From the NCBI RefSeq assembly GCF_963921235.1, contig NC_086097.1, positions 147,376,001 to 147,440,000 of the forward strand: a stretch of 64,000 bases of DNA. The letters are read 5' to 3'. Numbering within the stretch: position 1 is the stretch's first letter; every line of letters begins with the position of its first letter. The stretch is from Mobula hypostoma. Lineage: Eukaryota. Shown here piece by piece: positions 47,301-60,304 of the stretch. The position numbers and the translations under genes are program-made. Below the pieces are notes generated by a model. That model was not told where the DNA came from, searched no databases, and saw nothing but the letters and a program-made list of their open reading frames with translations.

Positions 47301-49685
47301 TTTCCATATGCAGGTAGATTTGGAAAATCAAGCTGGTGCTAGATTACAAGAGGGGGAATTTCTAGAATACCAGTGAGATGGCTTCTTAGAGCACCTCAAG
47401 GTTGAGCACTAGGGGATCAGTTATTCTTGATTGGGTGTTGTGCAATGAACTGGAATTGATTAGAAAACTTAAGGTAAAAGAACCCTTAAGAGTAAGTGAT
47501 CATAATATGATCAAATTAACCCTGAAATTTGAGAAGGAGAACCTAAAGTCAGAAGTATCAGTATTACAATGGAGTAAAGGGAATCACAGAGGCATGAGAG
47601 AGGAGTTGCCAGAATTGACTAGCAATGGCTGGAATTTCTGGGGGCAACTCAGATAGTACAAGGTATACACAGTACATCCCAAAGTGGAGAAAGTATTCTA
47701 AAGGCAAGATGACACAATCATGGCTAACAAGAGAAGTCAGAGCTAAAACAAAAGCCCAAGATAGCATATCATAGAGCAAAAATTAGTGGGAAGTTAGAGG
47801 ATTGGAAAGATTTTAATCTCCAACAGGAAACCAAAAAGTCATTAAGAGATAAAGATGGAATACAAAAGTAAGCTAGCCAATAATATTGAGGAGAATACCA
47901 AAAGTTTCTTCAGATACTTAAAGTGTAAAAGAGAAGCAAGAGTGGATATTGGACAACTGGAAAACGATGCTGGAGAGGGATAATGAAATGGCGGGTGAAC
48001 TGAATGAGTATTTTGCTTTGGTTTTCACTGTGGAAGACAGTGAAAGTTCCAGGTGTCAGGGGTTATGAAGTTTAGTAAAGTTACCATTACTTGAGAGAAG
48101 GTTCTTGGGAAACTGAAAGGTCTGAAGGTAGATAAGTCACCTGGACCAGATGGTGTACAACCCAAGGTCTTGAAAGTGGTGGCTGAAGAGATTGTGGAAG
48201 CATTAGTAATGATATTTCAAGAATCATGATATTCTCGAATGGTTCCAAAAGACTGGAAAATCGGAAATGTCACTTTACTCTTCAAGAAAGGGGAGAGGCC
48301 GAAGAAAGGACATTATAGGCCAGTTAGTCTCACCTCAGTGGGAGGGAAAATATTGGAGTCAATTGTTAAGGAGGAGGACTCAGGGTACTTGGAGGCACCT
48401 GAAAAAATAGGCTGTAGTCAGCAGGTTTCCTCTAGGTAAAATCCTCCTTGACAAATCTGTTGGAATTTTTTGAAGAAATAACAAGCAGGATAGACAAAGA
48501 AGAATCAGTGGATGTTGTGTATTGGATCTTCAGAAGGTCTTTGACAAGGTGCCAGACATGAGGCTGCTTAACGAGATACAAGCCCGTGGTATTATGGGAA
48601 AGCTTCTAGCATGGATAAAGCAGTGGCTGATTGGCAAGAGGCAAAGAGTGGGAATAAAGGGAGCCTTTTCTGGTTGATTCATGGTGACTAGTGATGCTAT
48701 ACAGGGGTCTGTGTAGGGACCAATTCTTTTTATGTTATATGTCAATGATGTGGATGATAGAATTGATAGATTTGTTGCAGTTTGTAAATGATATGAAGAC
48801 AGGTGGAATGGCAGGTAATTTTAAGGAAGTAGAAAGGCTACAGAAGGTGTTGAACAGACTAGGAGAATGGGCACAGTGTGGCAAATGTAATATACTGTCG
48901 GGAAGTGTATGGTCATGCACTTTGGTGCAAGACCTGAAAGAGTTGATTATTTTCTAAATGGAGAGAAAATACAAAAATCAGAGGCACAAAGGGACTTGGG
49001 AGTCCTTGTGTAGGATTCCCTAATGGTTAATTTGCAAGTTGAGTCTGTGGTGAGAAAGGCAAATGCAATGTTAGCTTTCATTTCAAGAGGACTAAACTAT
49101 TAAAGCAAGGATGTAAAGCTAAGACTTTACATAAAGCACTGGTGAGATCTCACTTGGAGCATGGAGGGCAGTTTTGAGTCCCTTAGAAATGACGGGCTGA
49201 AACTGGAGAGCGTACAAAGGAGGTTCACGAAAATTATCCTAGTTTTCAATGGCTTGTCATATCAAAAGCATTTGATGGCTCTGGACTTGTATTCACTAGA
49301 ATTCAGAAGAATATGCGGTGGCCTCATTGAAACCTATCAAATGGTGAAAGGCCTTGATAGAGTGGATTGGAGAGGATGTTTCCTATAGTGGGAGAGTCTA
49401 TGACCAGAGGGCACAGCCTCAGAATAGAGGGGCATCCTTTTAGAATGGAGAAGAGGAGGAATTTCTTTCATCAGAGGGAATTCTTTGCCACAGGCAGCCG
49501 TGGAGGCCAAGTCTTTATGTACATTTAAGGCAGAGATTGATAGATTCTTGACTGGTCAGGGCATGAAGGGATACAGGGAGAAGGCAAGAGATTGGAGCTG
49601 AGAGGAAAATAGGAACAGCCATCATGAAATAGCAGAGCAGAGTTGATGGGCCAAATGGCCTAATTCTGTTTCTATGGTCTTATAT
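44400..49685 (+). mobile_element. Near full-length CR1 LINE (ORF1 zinc finger/esterase + ORF2), degraded
   Basis: ORF1 44583 (ECSSYEMWE...CQKCIQLQ..LQELELEL), esterase remnants (IGD, HVGTND, DGLHLN), ORF2 LDWVL/SDHN, YRPVSLTS, 3' tail at ~49670. Confidence 0.9.
45191..46418 (-). mobile_element. Rex1/Babar-like LINE inserted in CR1 ORF1
   Basis: ORF 45521-46198 (TGAPQGCVLSPLLYSLYTHDC...KFVDD...KKAQQRLFHLR), MLFLDYSSAF, (TTCAA)n tail at 45191-45208. Confidence 0.92.
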
Positions 49686-50994
49686 AAGATGGAGGCAGGT
49701 GGATCAAGGTGAAATTGATAAGCATATGAAAGAACATTAGGAAAATTATTGGGAGAATGGACAGTACCGAAAGAAATTAATAAATTTGTTTTCAAAACAA
49801 TTATAGTCACCCACCATTCTTGAAAATAGCTTTAAACTATAAATACTGAAATTTAACCTTCATATCGTAATAGGAATTGAACTTATGTATCCAGGTTGTT
49901 AATCTAGTAGACTAACATCTGAGTTATTTCTTCCCTCTGGTTGGTTAGCTGCATAAATATAAGCTGTGTCTATTGGAACTATTGCATACAACTTTGCTAA
50001 ATGTGTAATGGAGAAATGAAAGGCTAAGATGTTAGAGATTGTTAAGAGTAGAATTTTGGAGGTGAATTGACTAGTGGATGAGACCAGAGATGCATTTTAC
50101 AGCAAATTCCATTTAATTTATGTAACCAGTGTCAAATCATTGAAATTTTTCCTCTGTTGTACCTATTCTTGGGCTATGCTATTACTTCTTTCCATCTCTG
50201 GAAAACTCTGGTTCCAAAACTTTCATATATTCCACTATTCCTTAGTGCATTGCAGCCCAGATGCACTTTGCAAAAAGCTCACAAGACTCACCACAATGAA
50301 TTTTCTCTGTAAACAGTAAAGCTTTCATTAAGCATAGTCATTCACCTACAGACCTATGTCATCTGTTTGTGCGTGCACCTAGCAGTACAAGAAGTGTTCT
50401 CATCATGCAGAAATGACTTAAAATAGCAGGCAGCACCAAATTAATGTGCAGACGGCAGCGTAATTGACAAGAGCAGGTTATCCTGCACTGTGATCTCAGC
50501 ATTTATTTATTGGGGTTAAACGATTTAACCTCCATAAAAACTAATTAGACCTGGATGAAAAGGAAGAAGTCCCAACAGCATACAATTAAGGTAGCCTTGC
50601 ACTAGCAAGATACAGTTCATTAAATTTCATTTACTTAGACTGACATATAAAGTAATACTCCAGAAAGAAAGCAATGGATCATTACATTTACAAATACATT
50701 AATAGTTTACCTTGCGCATCAACAAATCTTGCTCCATCATAACCGTCTACATAAAATGTTTATTATGAACATGTGCTTCACAGAGTTGATTTATTAAACC
50801 CCAAGCAAAGTTAATCTAAATATGTCCTGTGATTCTAAATTCAAAGGTACTAATGTGGAAGTAGTTATCTTCCTATGTGTTCAGGGTAAAAATTGCATTT
50901 ATAATGGTGATTTCAACATAGAAACTTTTGATGCTTCAGGAAAATAAGTCAGCATCAGTCCTTTTCAAAGGTAAAATGAATGTAAAGTGTGCAC

Positions 50995-52630
50995 TGAATC
51001 AGAACCAAGTTTATTATCACTGTCTTATATGACAGTGAGGAGTGGACAAGAGATCAGCCATGTGTAAAAGGAGGCCCTCGATACTTCAGCAGATCGCAAG
51101 CTGTCAATATTTTGTGCAGTTTGTTGCCTTGTGCCAACAATACACTGCAAAGGTACAGAAGTGCTTTAAATTACAAAATAGTGAAAAAAAAGCATTATGA
51201 GGTAGCATTCATGAACCATTAAGAAATCTAATAGCAGAGGGGAAGAAACTGTTTCTGACTCACCGAGTATGTGTCTTCAGGCTCCTATACCTCTTCTCTG
51301 ATGGTAGTCATGGGAAGAGAGCATGTCTTGGGTTGGGAGGGTTCTTAATGATGGATGCCACATCCTTGAGGCACTGCCTCTTGAAGATGTCCTGGATGGT
51401 AGGAAGGGTTGTATCTGCGATGAAGCTAGCTGAGTCTACAGAGCTCTGCATCCTTTTGCAATCCTGTGTATTAGAGCCCCACACCAGACTGTGATACAAC
51501 CAGTTAGCATGCTCTCCGCTGTCTATCTATAACAAGTTGTAAGACACAATTTCACTGGCTCTCCACTCTCCTTTGAGGCGTTTAGGCAACGAGCCGCTGT
51601 TGATTGGTAGCAGCTCGGTGTTCAATGCCACCATTCCCTCATTATTCATCACCCAACTTATATACCTGGGTCACGATTATTGTGGATCGATGATAAAATC
51701 TGCTCCTCGTTGACCATCAATACAGTTGCACCTCAAAGCTGCGTGTTTAGCCCGCTGTTTTACTCATTCTACAGCCCTGACTGGGTGACCAAGCACAGTT
51801 CAAATGCCATCTATAAATTCACACGTGGCAGCAATGTTATGGATAAAACCTCAAAGGGCACTGTGTGATAGATCAACTGGTCGAGTGGGTTTGTATACAA
51901 AATCTAAACTCCAAATGAAGCAAGAGCCACTGCCATGACTTTTGCATGTTTGCATCAGCGTGTTGGGCCCAGGATAGATCCTCCAAGACCCAGGAATGTA
52001 AAGCTGCTCACAATTTCCTGCACTGACCCTTCATTGAGGACGGGTGTGTGTTCTCCTAACTTCCTCTTCCTGAAGTCCACAGTCAGTTCCTTGGTCTTGC
52101 TGATGTTGAATGCCAGCTTGTTGTTGTGAACCCCCTCAATCAGCAAATCTCTTTCACTCCCCTATACTTCCTATGGCCATCTGAGATTTTATCCGCAGCA
52201 GTGATGTCATCTACAATTTTATAGATAACATTTGAGCTGTGCTTGACCATGCAGTCATGGCTGTAGAGAGAGAGAGAGAAAGTAGAACAGTGGGCTAAAC
52301 ACGCATCTTTAAGTTGCATTTATGTTAATTGGCAGTGAGGAGGAGATGTTATCATTGATTTCTTGATGAGAAAGTCAAGGATCCATTTGTACCAGTGGTA
52401 CAAATGACTAGTTTTAAAAACTTGGTGGTTAACATTGAGTATATGATAGTATTGAACACTGATCTGTAATCAAGAAATCAACCTGATGGATGTTTTTCCA
52501 TTGTCTAGTTGCTTCAAGGTAAAGTGGAGCGCCAGTCAGATTGTGTCTGGTGTAGACCTTTTGTTCAGTAGGCAAATTGCAACAGGTCCAAGTCCTTGCT
52601 GAGGAAGGAATTGATTCCAGTGATAACCAA
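50995..52630. mobile_element. Cluster of degraded Rex1-like fragments in both orientations
   Basis: ORFs 51308-51499 (-), 51680-51868 (+, APQSCVFSPLFYSFY) and 51955-52146 (-, NISKTKELTVDFR). Confidence 0.75.
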
Positions 52631-52677
52631 CATTGAACTAAACAACACTGGAGCTAAATCTAACTGACCCAAAGATA

Positions 52678-52739
52678 CAGTACTGTGCAAAAGTCTTAGG
52701 CCTACAGTGTATAGTGCCGAAGGCTTTTGCACACTACTG
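52678..52739. mobile_element. Tiny Tc1-type MITE
   Basis: CAGTACTGTGCAAAAG...CTTTTGCACACTACTG inverted ends, TA on the left. Confidence 0.75.
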
Positions 52740-52904
52740 TGAGCTGAGTTTTATATAATTTCCTTTGTTGGTTAATTTTCATTTGATTTGAAGCACATGG
52801 TGGAAAAAAAAACATCCATCTCCATCCTCTATTTATTTGCCCTTGAAACAGCAATATCTGTGAGTCTTAAGTTTTTGTAAATATTGACAAACATTTAGTA
52901 GATA

Positions 52905-52971
52905 CAGTACTGTGCAAAAATCTTAGGTAACCTAGCTATATCTATGTGCCTAACACTTTAGCACAGTACTG
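52905..52971. mobile_element. Tiny Tc1-type MITE, second copy
   Basis: TA-CAGTACTGTGC...GCACAGTACTG-TA. Confidence 0.8.
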
Positions 52972-53079
52972 TACTTGTTACTGAATATTAAAATCTTTCT
53001 ATGCACTGCTGCACTATTGCTAGTGTTTGATTACCTGGATTAACTGCTGTGAGTTAGAGTTTTTCATCATCTTTTAACT

Positions 53080-53420
53080 TAGAAACATAGAAACATAGAA
53101 AACATACAGCACAATACAAGCCCTTCGGCCCACAAAGCTGTGCTGAACATGTCTCTACCTTAGAACTACCTAGAATTTACCCATAGCCCTCTATTCTTCT
53201 AAGCTCCATGTAGCCATCCAGGAGTCTCTTAAAAGACCCTATTGTATCTGCCTCCACACACTCACCACTCTCTGAGTAAAAAACTTACCCCTGACATCTC
53301 CTCTACCTACTTCCAAGTATCTTAAAACTATGCCTTCTCGTGCTAGCTAACTCAGCCCTGGGGAAAAGCCTCTGAATATCCAGATGATCAATGCCTCTCA
53401 TTATCTTGTACACCTCTAAA
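53080..53420 (-). mobile_element. CR1 3' fragment
   Basis: (AGAAACAT)n tail. Reverse complement resembles 59300-59680. Confidence 0.85.
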
Positions 53421-54094
53421 CTTCTATTAAGTTTATGCTGCCAGCTGATGAAAATGCAGATATGGAAGCATCTGGGACATGAATGGAGAATTGGACAAGT
53501 TGTCTTTCACAAAGAAATCGAACAATGGGGAAAGAAAAGCATTAATAGGTTCATTTAATACCCTTCACTAACTTCAACGAAAACCATTTGGAATGGGCAA
53601 AAGATCAGCCATTTAGAAGACAGGAGCAGCTCAATACTTCAGCAGCTTACGGGCTGTTAAGATGCCATAAAAGTTCAAGACTAGTGCTTGATTCTCATTT
53701 GAAGGATCACCTTCATCTCAGGTGCAAGTTTGTCCCGCCATCCCAGACTGGCCTGATTGAGCATCTTCAGTTGTTCTACAGAGACTCTTCAAGTGATGAT
53801 AAAATGTGTTCCTGCTTCCGCTACAGCTGTTTATCGCCAGTCAGAATGGGAAATTTCCTGCTCGAATTTATGTCCATAAGAGCATTTAGGTAATCATAGC
53901 TGCCCAGGTTGGCAGAACTGAGAAAAGGTCATACACACTAGTGTAAATCATGATCAGAAATATGGAAGTTAATCCCATAACTGGCACATTTGCAACTGGA
54001 AATGACCTCCATCATGACCTTATCTGGGTACAATTAAAAAAATAGGACTACAGATTGCCTAAAATGGACACTAAATAACCCAAATTCTAGACTG

Positions 54095-54630
54095 TAACCA
54101 TAAGACTGTAAGATATAGGAGCAGAAGTAGGCTATTTGGCCCATTGAGTCTGCTCCACCACTCAATCATGGGCTGATTCAATTCTTCCAGTCATCCCCAC
54201 TCCCCATGCCCTGGCTAATCAAGAACCTATCTATCTCTGTTTTAAATGCACCCAATGACGGCCTCCACAGCCACTTATGGCAACAAATTCCACAGATTTA
54301 CCAACCTTTGACTAAAGTAATTTCTCCACATCTCTGTTCTAAATGGATGTCCTTCAATACTGAAGTCATGCCCCCTTGTTCTGGACTCCCCTACCATGGT
54401 AAATAACTTTGCCATATCTAAGCTAGGAAGATGCTGCCTGGCCTGCTGCGTTCACCAGCAACTTTTATGTGTGTTGCTTGAATTTCCAGCATCTGCAGAA
54501 TTCCTGTTGTTTGCCATATCTAATCTGTTCAGGCCTTTTATCATTCAGAATGTTTCTAGGAGATCCCCCCTCATTCTCCTGAACTCCAGGGAATACCGCC
54601 CAAGAGCTGCCAGACGTTCCTCATATGGTG
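54095..54630 (-). mobile_element. CR1 3' fragment carrying a micro Penelope insertion
   Basis: CR1 tail CCATAAGACTGTAAGATATAGGAGCAGAAG, interrupted at 54422-54512. Confidence 0.8.
54422..54512 (+). mobile_element. ~90-bp Penelope 3'-end insertion
   Basis: Similar to 13185-13269 including the tail. Flanked by duplicated GCCATATCTAA (54411-54421, 54513-54523). Confidence 0.88.
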
Positions 54631-55514
54631 ACGTAAGAGGAACGATACAGATTCTGTATTTTAATTATAAATGTAACTGAGTGATCAATGCCTCAGGGAA
54701 TATAGACCATTCAGAATCAATTATCTACTGGAGCTCTACCTCAAATTATTTTCAAACAGCTCTTGGCTCTGCAATTGTTTGGCACCGGAAAATACAAATC
54801 AGACTTACTGAATTAAAGAGATGCCTGCTGTGTGACAAGCCACATATGTGGAGTTGGAAGTACTTACAGCTGCAGAATTCTCATCTCCCCAGTGTTTTAG
54901 TGGGATATTTTAGCACAAAACAGTTAAAATGAACGTTATACATGAGGCACATCATTAAAATTAATTCACTTGTCAGTCAATTTTACTTTGGCACACAGCT
55001 ACCATACGCTATTGTTTCCATCAATAAGTAAACATTTCAAAAGCCAAGTCGTATGTCACAGAGATGGAAAGTGTGAGGTAACTGTAAAGTTTTGGAGCAG
55101 CCATGAGTTTGAGTCTGAGTTTTACTTCAGCTTATTTGATTCATACTCAAATTCATAGAGGCCAAACAGAAGAAAGTCCTGGGGTGCAATGCAGTGCAAT
55201 CTCATACAATAATTGTATGTGAAAAGCATCTTGAGAATATTGTCAAGATGGAGGACCACAAGGTAGTCCAGTAAGTAATTCAGAAACATCCTTCAAAGAC
55301 GATATAACTGGAACCCATAAAAGAGGAAAATGCACTTTTGGGGAAGATACGTAAGGCTCTAGTCAGGATTGTAGGCCAGAGAATCTGGTTCAAGAATTCA
55401 CTGAAGGTTAGGGCCACACATCTATTCTTCCCCGTTTGGTCAGCACTTCCTGATAATGGCTACCTCTGATGGATGGACTCTCCCTTTAGGCAGAGAAATA
55501 ATGAGTAATGTCAC

Positions 55515-56150
55515 ATTGTAGATTAGCAAAACAGCAATGGCTGGAGTTTCTGTGGACAATTTGGAAGACAAAGGATAGATACATCCCAAAGAAGAAGTAC
55601 TCTAAAGGGAGGATGAGACAACCATGGCTGACAAGAGAAGTTAAATGAAGCATAAAAGCCAGAGAGAGGACAAATAATACAACAAAAATTATTGGGAACT
55701 TTGAGGACTGGAAAGCTTTTAAAAACCAACAGAAGGCAACCAAAAAAGCCATTGGGAGTGAAAAGATGAATTGTGAAGATAAGCTAGCCAATAATACAAA
55801 AGAGCATACAAGAAGGTTATTTAGATATCTGAAGAGTAAAAGAGAGGTGAGAATGGACATTAAACCAATGGAAAGCTAATAATAGATTACAAAGAAATGG
55901 AAGTTTAGTTTAGTAATATTTGTGTAAGTCACTATGGAAGACACTAGCAGTATGCCAGAAATTCGACAGTGTGAGGGGGCAGAAGTGAGTGTAGTTGCTA
56001 TTACTAAAGGAAGGGCTTGGGAAGCTGCAGGGTCTGAAGGTAGATAAGTCACCTGGACCAGGTGGACGACACCACAGGGTTCTGAAAGAGGTAGCAGACT
56101 AGAATGTGGAGTCATTAGACGTGATCTTTCAAGAATTATTAGATTCTGGA
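55515..56150 (+). mobile_element. CR1 ORF2 internal fragment
   Basis: Homologous to 47620-48240 (GTAGATAAGTCACCTGGACCAG). Confidence 0.8.
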
Positions 56151-58282
56151 AACACTGACCAAACGGGGAAGTATGAATGTGTGGCTTTAACCTCCAGTGA
56201 ATTCTTGCATCAGATTCTCTGTGTGGTATTCTTGACCAGTGCCTTGTTCATTTCCTCCAGAAATTCAGTCTTCTATTTTGTGTGTCGCTGTTGTATAAGT
56301 CAATCCACTTTTGACCTTCCAAATGTTCAGTCACAGAGTAGTACGGTTTGGCCAAGCTCACCCATGTTGGTCATGGTGCCCAACAAGCTAGCCTGCAGTT
56401 GGCCTGTCTATTTACTTTTTGAAATGTTATTATTTAAAATTATAAGTATCAAATTTTTAAATGTTATTGTTGTACTTGCCTCAGCCACTTCCTCTGGCGC
56501 CTCATTTATACACCACCCTCTGACTGAAGAATTTGACTCTCAGGTTCCTTTTAAATTGTTCACCTCTCATCTTGAAACTATGCTCTCTAGCTTATGGCTC
56601 TACTTCGCTGGGAGAAGGTATCTGTGTGTTCTCTTTATCTATACCCCTAATTCACGCTTCAATCTCCTACTTTCCAAGCAATGAAGTCCTAGCCTGCTCA
56701 ACCTCAAGTCCTGGCAGCGTCCTTGTAAACTTTCTTGGCACCCTTTCCTGTAACAGTGTGACCAAAACTGTACACAATATTCCAAGTAGTCTCACCAATG
56801 TCTTGTACAACTAAAACATAATGTCTTAGCTCCTATGCTCAGTTCCTGACCAATGAAGGCCAGCATGCCGTGTGATATATACTGTATTCACTCTTTGGGT
56901 TTTTGGTGACCTTGCTTTCTAAATATAGCAATTGCCATTTATAACATCAAAAGCAGTTGTAAGTAAACTTCCGACTAACAGTTTCTTTAGTTCCTGGTTG
57001 TAAAAGGAAGTCTGTCTTCAGTTCTTAAAATGTAAATAGAAGCTGTAATCAGCTTGAAATTTAAAATAAAATCATTCTTGAAAGAACAGCTTGTCCAAAC
57101 AAGCTCTGTATTTTGCAGGTTCTCTTCTGTGAGAGCAAATGCTAGTTCCTAGCATCCTCTCTTGCTGCTGTAGATATGCTGTATAAGGACAAGGGTTGTT
57201 TAATTTGTTTTTTTCAAGCAGACAAGCTGACTCTTAAGTTGTTTAGTTCAAGGAAATTTACAGAAGAATTGGATAATATCATTTAGCATATCGATAACTG
57301 ACATGTTTTAGTTAACGATTGATGTACTCAAGAGAAGTTAGCTTTACAGCATGAATTGTGAGCTGTGAACATTAAGCTAAGATGTAGGTCTCCAAAAATG
57401 CTTTAAGACCATCTGTGTTAAAAGGATATCTGAGGAAGTATCATGTGCGTGTGAGTTCACAAGCAGTAGAGAAAAGGTATAAATATAAGGCGCAGTTCAA
57501 GCTTATTGAGAATGGGGTAAAGAACATGAAGAAGCCATGAAAGAAACAAGGGGTGAAACTGAACCCATTCTTCCAGCTTCAGTTTCTGCAACAGGTGATT
57601 TGTTAGTCTGCAACTTTTTGAAAATGCTTAAGAATGAAATCCTCTGTGAGTTTGATATGTTTTTTTTAAGAGTGTTGCTTGGATTTAAACATGTATCACT
57701 GTAAATTAATGAACTCTGTTTTAAACTATTTTGTTAGCTGCAATTATCTTCTGCTTGCTAGGGAGATGGGACCCACCACTCGAATAGTAGATATTGACAG
57801 CTGAACCTGCTGTGCAGAATAAACAGTGAAGTAAACTGGTTTTTCAAGACTGGGTAGTGAGCACACTCCCTTTAGTGAGAATATCCATGGCTATTTATAT
57901 CCAATAGGGCTTAAAGTCTTCATTTGACTTTAGAACTTCATGGTCAGCGAACCAAACATGATCACAGGCAAACTGCCTGCCTGCTACACTGCTTTCAGTG
58001 AACAATGCTTCTCCTCCCTCTTCCGCTTAGTTAGAAGATGAATCTGTGGTTCTCAGACAGGAATAGTCCGTAGGTGACTTCATTGTTAGCCTGATTCCTC
58101 CAGAGTCTGCTTCCAGGCCCTCATTCTCTTGGTCTTCTTCTCTTCCTCTGCATCAATTGTGGGCTGTCCCCTGAGTGTCTATGTGTGTGCTGGGCAATAA
58201 CACAGAAGATGCTTTTCACTGTATATTCCGATGTACTAGTGATAAATAAATCTGAATGTAACTCTAATTCTGAATCTAAATT

Positions 58283-58450
58283 CGTAAATCTCTTACTATC
58301 TCTTCTTTCAGTTAGTCCTGATGAAGGGTCTCAGCCCAAAACGTCAACTGTACCTCTTCCTACAGATGCTGCCTGGCCTTCTGCGTTCACCAGCAATTTT
58401 TATGTGTGTTGCTTAAAATTCCAGCATCTGCAGATTTCCTCGTGTTTGCG
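58283..58450 (+). mobile_element. Penelope 3'-end fragment with decayed hammerhead (58314-58349)
   Basis: AGTCCTGATGAAGGGTCTCAGCCCAAAACGTCAACT (GAAA box mutated), followed by the tail. Confidence 0.82.
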
Positions 58451-58954
58451 GTCCTCTGTTTGATGGATTATGCAACAGGCAGTACACTCTGATGAAGTAT
58501 TCGCACCTGACAGCCATATAGTGCAGTACATGTCTAGTCTATTGACAGCAATAAAATATGAACTTCAAAAGTTTAATGGTCTTATGCAGAACAATCCTTG
58601 TACTTTCATCACTGTCATTATGCCACTACTTGGCTGGTGTGCTTGGAGTGCAAAGAGTGAGAAGCCATGAATTTAAAGTATAAAGCTCAAAATTCAAAAA
58701 GTTCAAAGTAAATTTATAATCAAAGTACATGAATGTCACCATATACATCCCTGAGATTCATTCTGCTGTGGTCTTTCACAGTAAATACAAGAAACACAAT
58801 AGAAACAATAAAAGACCGCCCTCAATAGGACAGGCAAAAAGTTAATGTGCAAAGGACAATAAACTGCACAAATACAGTAAGAAAAAAAGAGATAATAATT
58901 ATGATAATAAATAATAAACAACATTATTGAAAACATGAGGTAAGAAGTCCTTAA

Positions 58955-59683
58955 AGACGCTTGGCAGTTTGAGGGATCAGAGGGATCTTGGGGTCCGAGT
59001 CCACAGGACACTCAAAGCAGCTGCGCAGGTTGACCCTGTGGTTAAGAAGGCATATGGTGCATTGGCCTTCATCAACCATGGGATTGAGTTTAAGAGCAGA
59101 GAGGTAATGTTGCAGCTACATAGGACCCTGGTCAGACCCCACTTGGAGTATTGTGCTCAGTTCTGGTCGCCTCACTATAGAAAGGATATGGAAGCTGTAG
59201 AAAGGGTGCAGAGGAGATTTACAAGGATGTTGCCTGGATTGGGGAGCATGCCTTATAAGAATAGGTTGAGTGAACTCGACCTTTTCTCCTTGGAGCAACG
59301 GAGGATGAGAGGTGACCTGATAGAGGTGTATAAGATGATGAGACGCATTGATCGTGTGGATAGTCAGAGGCTTTTTCCCAGGGCTGAAAGGGCCAGCACA
59401 AGAGGACACAGGTTTAAGATGCTGGGAAGCAGGTACAGAGGAGATGTCAGGGGTATTCTTTTTAAAACACAGAGAGTGGTGAGTGCGTGGAATGGGCTAC
59501 CGCCAACAGTGGTGGAGGTGGATACAATAGGGTATTTTAAGAGACTCCTGGATAGGTACATGGAGCTTAGAAAAATAGAGGGCTGTGGGTAACTGAAGGT
59601 AATTTCTAAGGTAAGGACATGTTCAGCATAGCTTTGTGGGTTGAAGGGTCTGTATTGTGCTGTAGGTTTTCTATGTTTTTATG
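58955..59683 (+). mobile_element. Young 5'-truncated CR1
   Basis: Open 207-aa ORF2 C-terminus 58969-59592 (RDLGV...LVRPHLEYCAQFWSP...RMRGDLIEVYK), CTATGTTT tail. Confidence 0.92.
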
Positions 59684-59920
59684 ATTAAAAGTGAGTCCAT
59701 AGGTTGTGAGAACAGTTCAGCGATGGGGCAAGTGAAGTTGATGAAATTAACTCCTCTGATTCAATGAAGTTGATGAAATTAACTCCTCTGCTTCTAGCAC
59801 CTGATGTTTAAGGGGTACTATCTGTCCCTGAGCCTGGTCAAGTGTGCCCTGTACCTTCTTTCTAATGGTAGCACCAGGAAGAGAGCATGGCCAGGATGGT
59901 GAGGGTCATTGATTGCGGGT

Positions 59921-60042
59921 GGCGCTGTGACAGCGATCCACGTCGACGATGGGCGCTGCGACAGCAATCCACGTCAACGGTGGGTGTTGTGACAGTGATC
60001 CATGTAGATTGTTAATGCTGCGGCAGTGATCCATGTAGATGG
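59921..60042. repeat. ~30-bp minisatellite, 4 diverging units
   Basis: GCTGTGACAGCGATCCACGTCGA / GCTGCGACAGCAATCCACGTCAA / GTTGTGACAGTGATCCATGTAGA / GCTGCGGCAGTGATCCATGTAGA. Confidence 0.8.
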
Positions 60043-60304
60043 TGGAGAGGCTTTACCCCTCCTAGACAGGACCATATCGACTACTTTTTGGAGGCTTTTC
60101 CACTCCAGAGCATTGGTGTTTCCATTCCAGGGCATGATGCAACCAGTAAACAAACTCTCCAACATACATCTATAGAAGTTTGTCAAAGTTTTAGATGACA
60201 TGGCAAATCTTCACAAACTTCCGAGAAAGTCGATGGGTTTCCATGCTTTTGCTGTAATGACACCTACATGCAGGACCCAGGACAGATTCTCTGAAATGAT
60301 GAAA

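Noticed and set aside
53588..53893. 101-aa ORF in unique-looking sequence
   Set aside because: Non-ATG start, no recognisable homology and no clear splice signals.
56106..56684. 192-aa ORF
   Set aside because: Spans several unrelated degraded repeats and has no recognisable motif.
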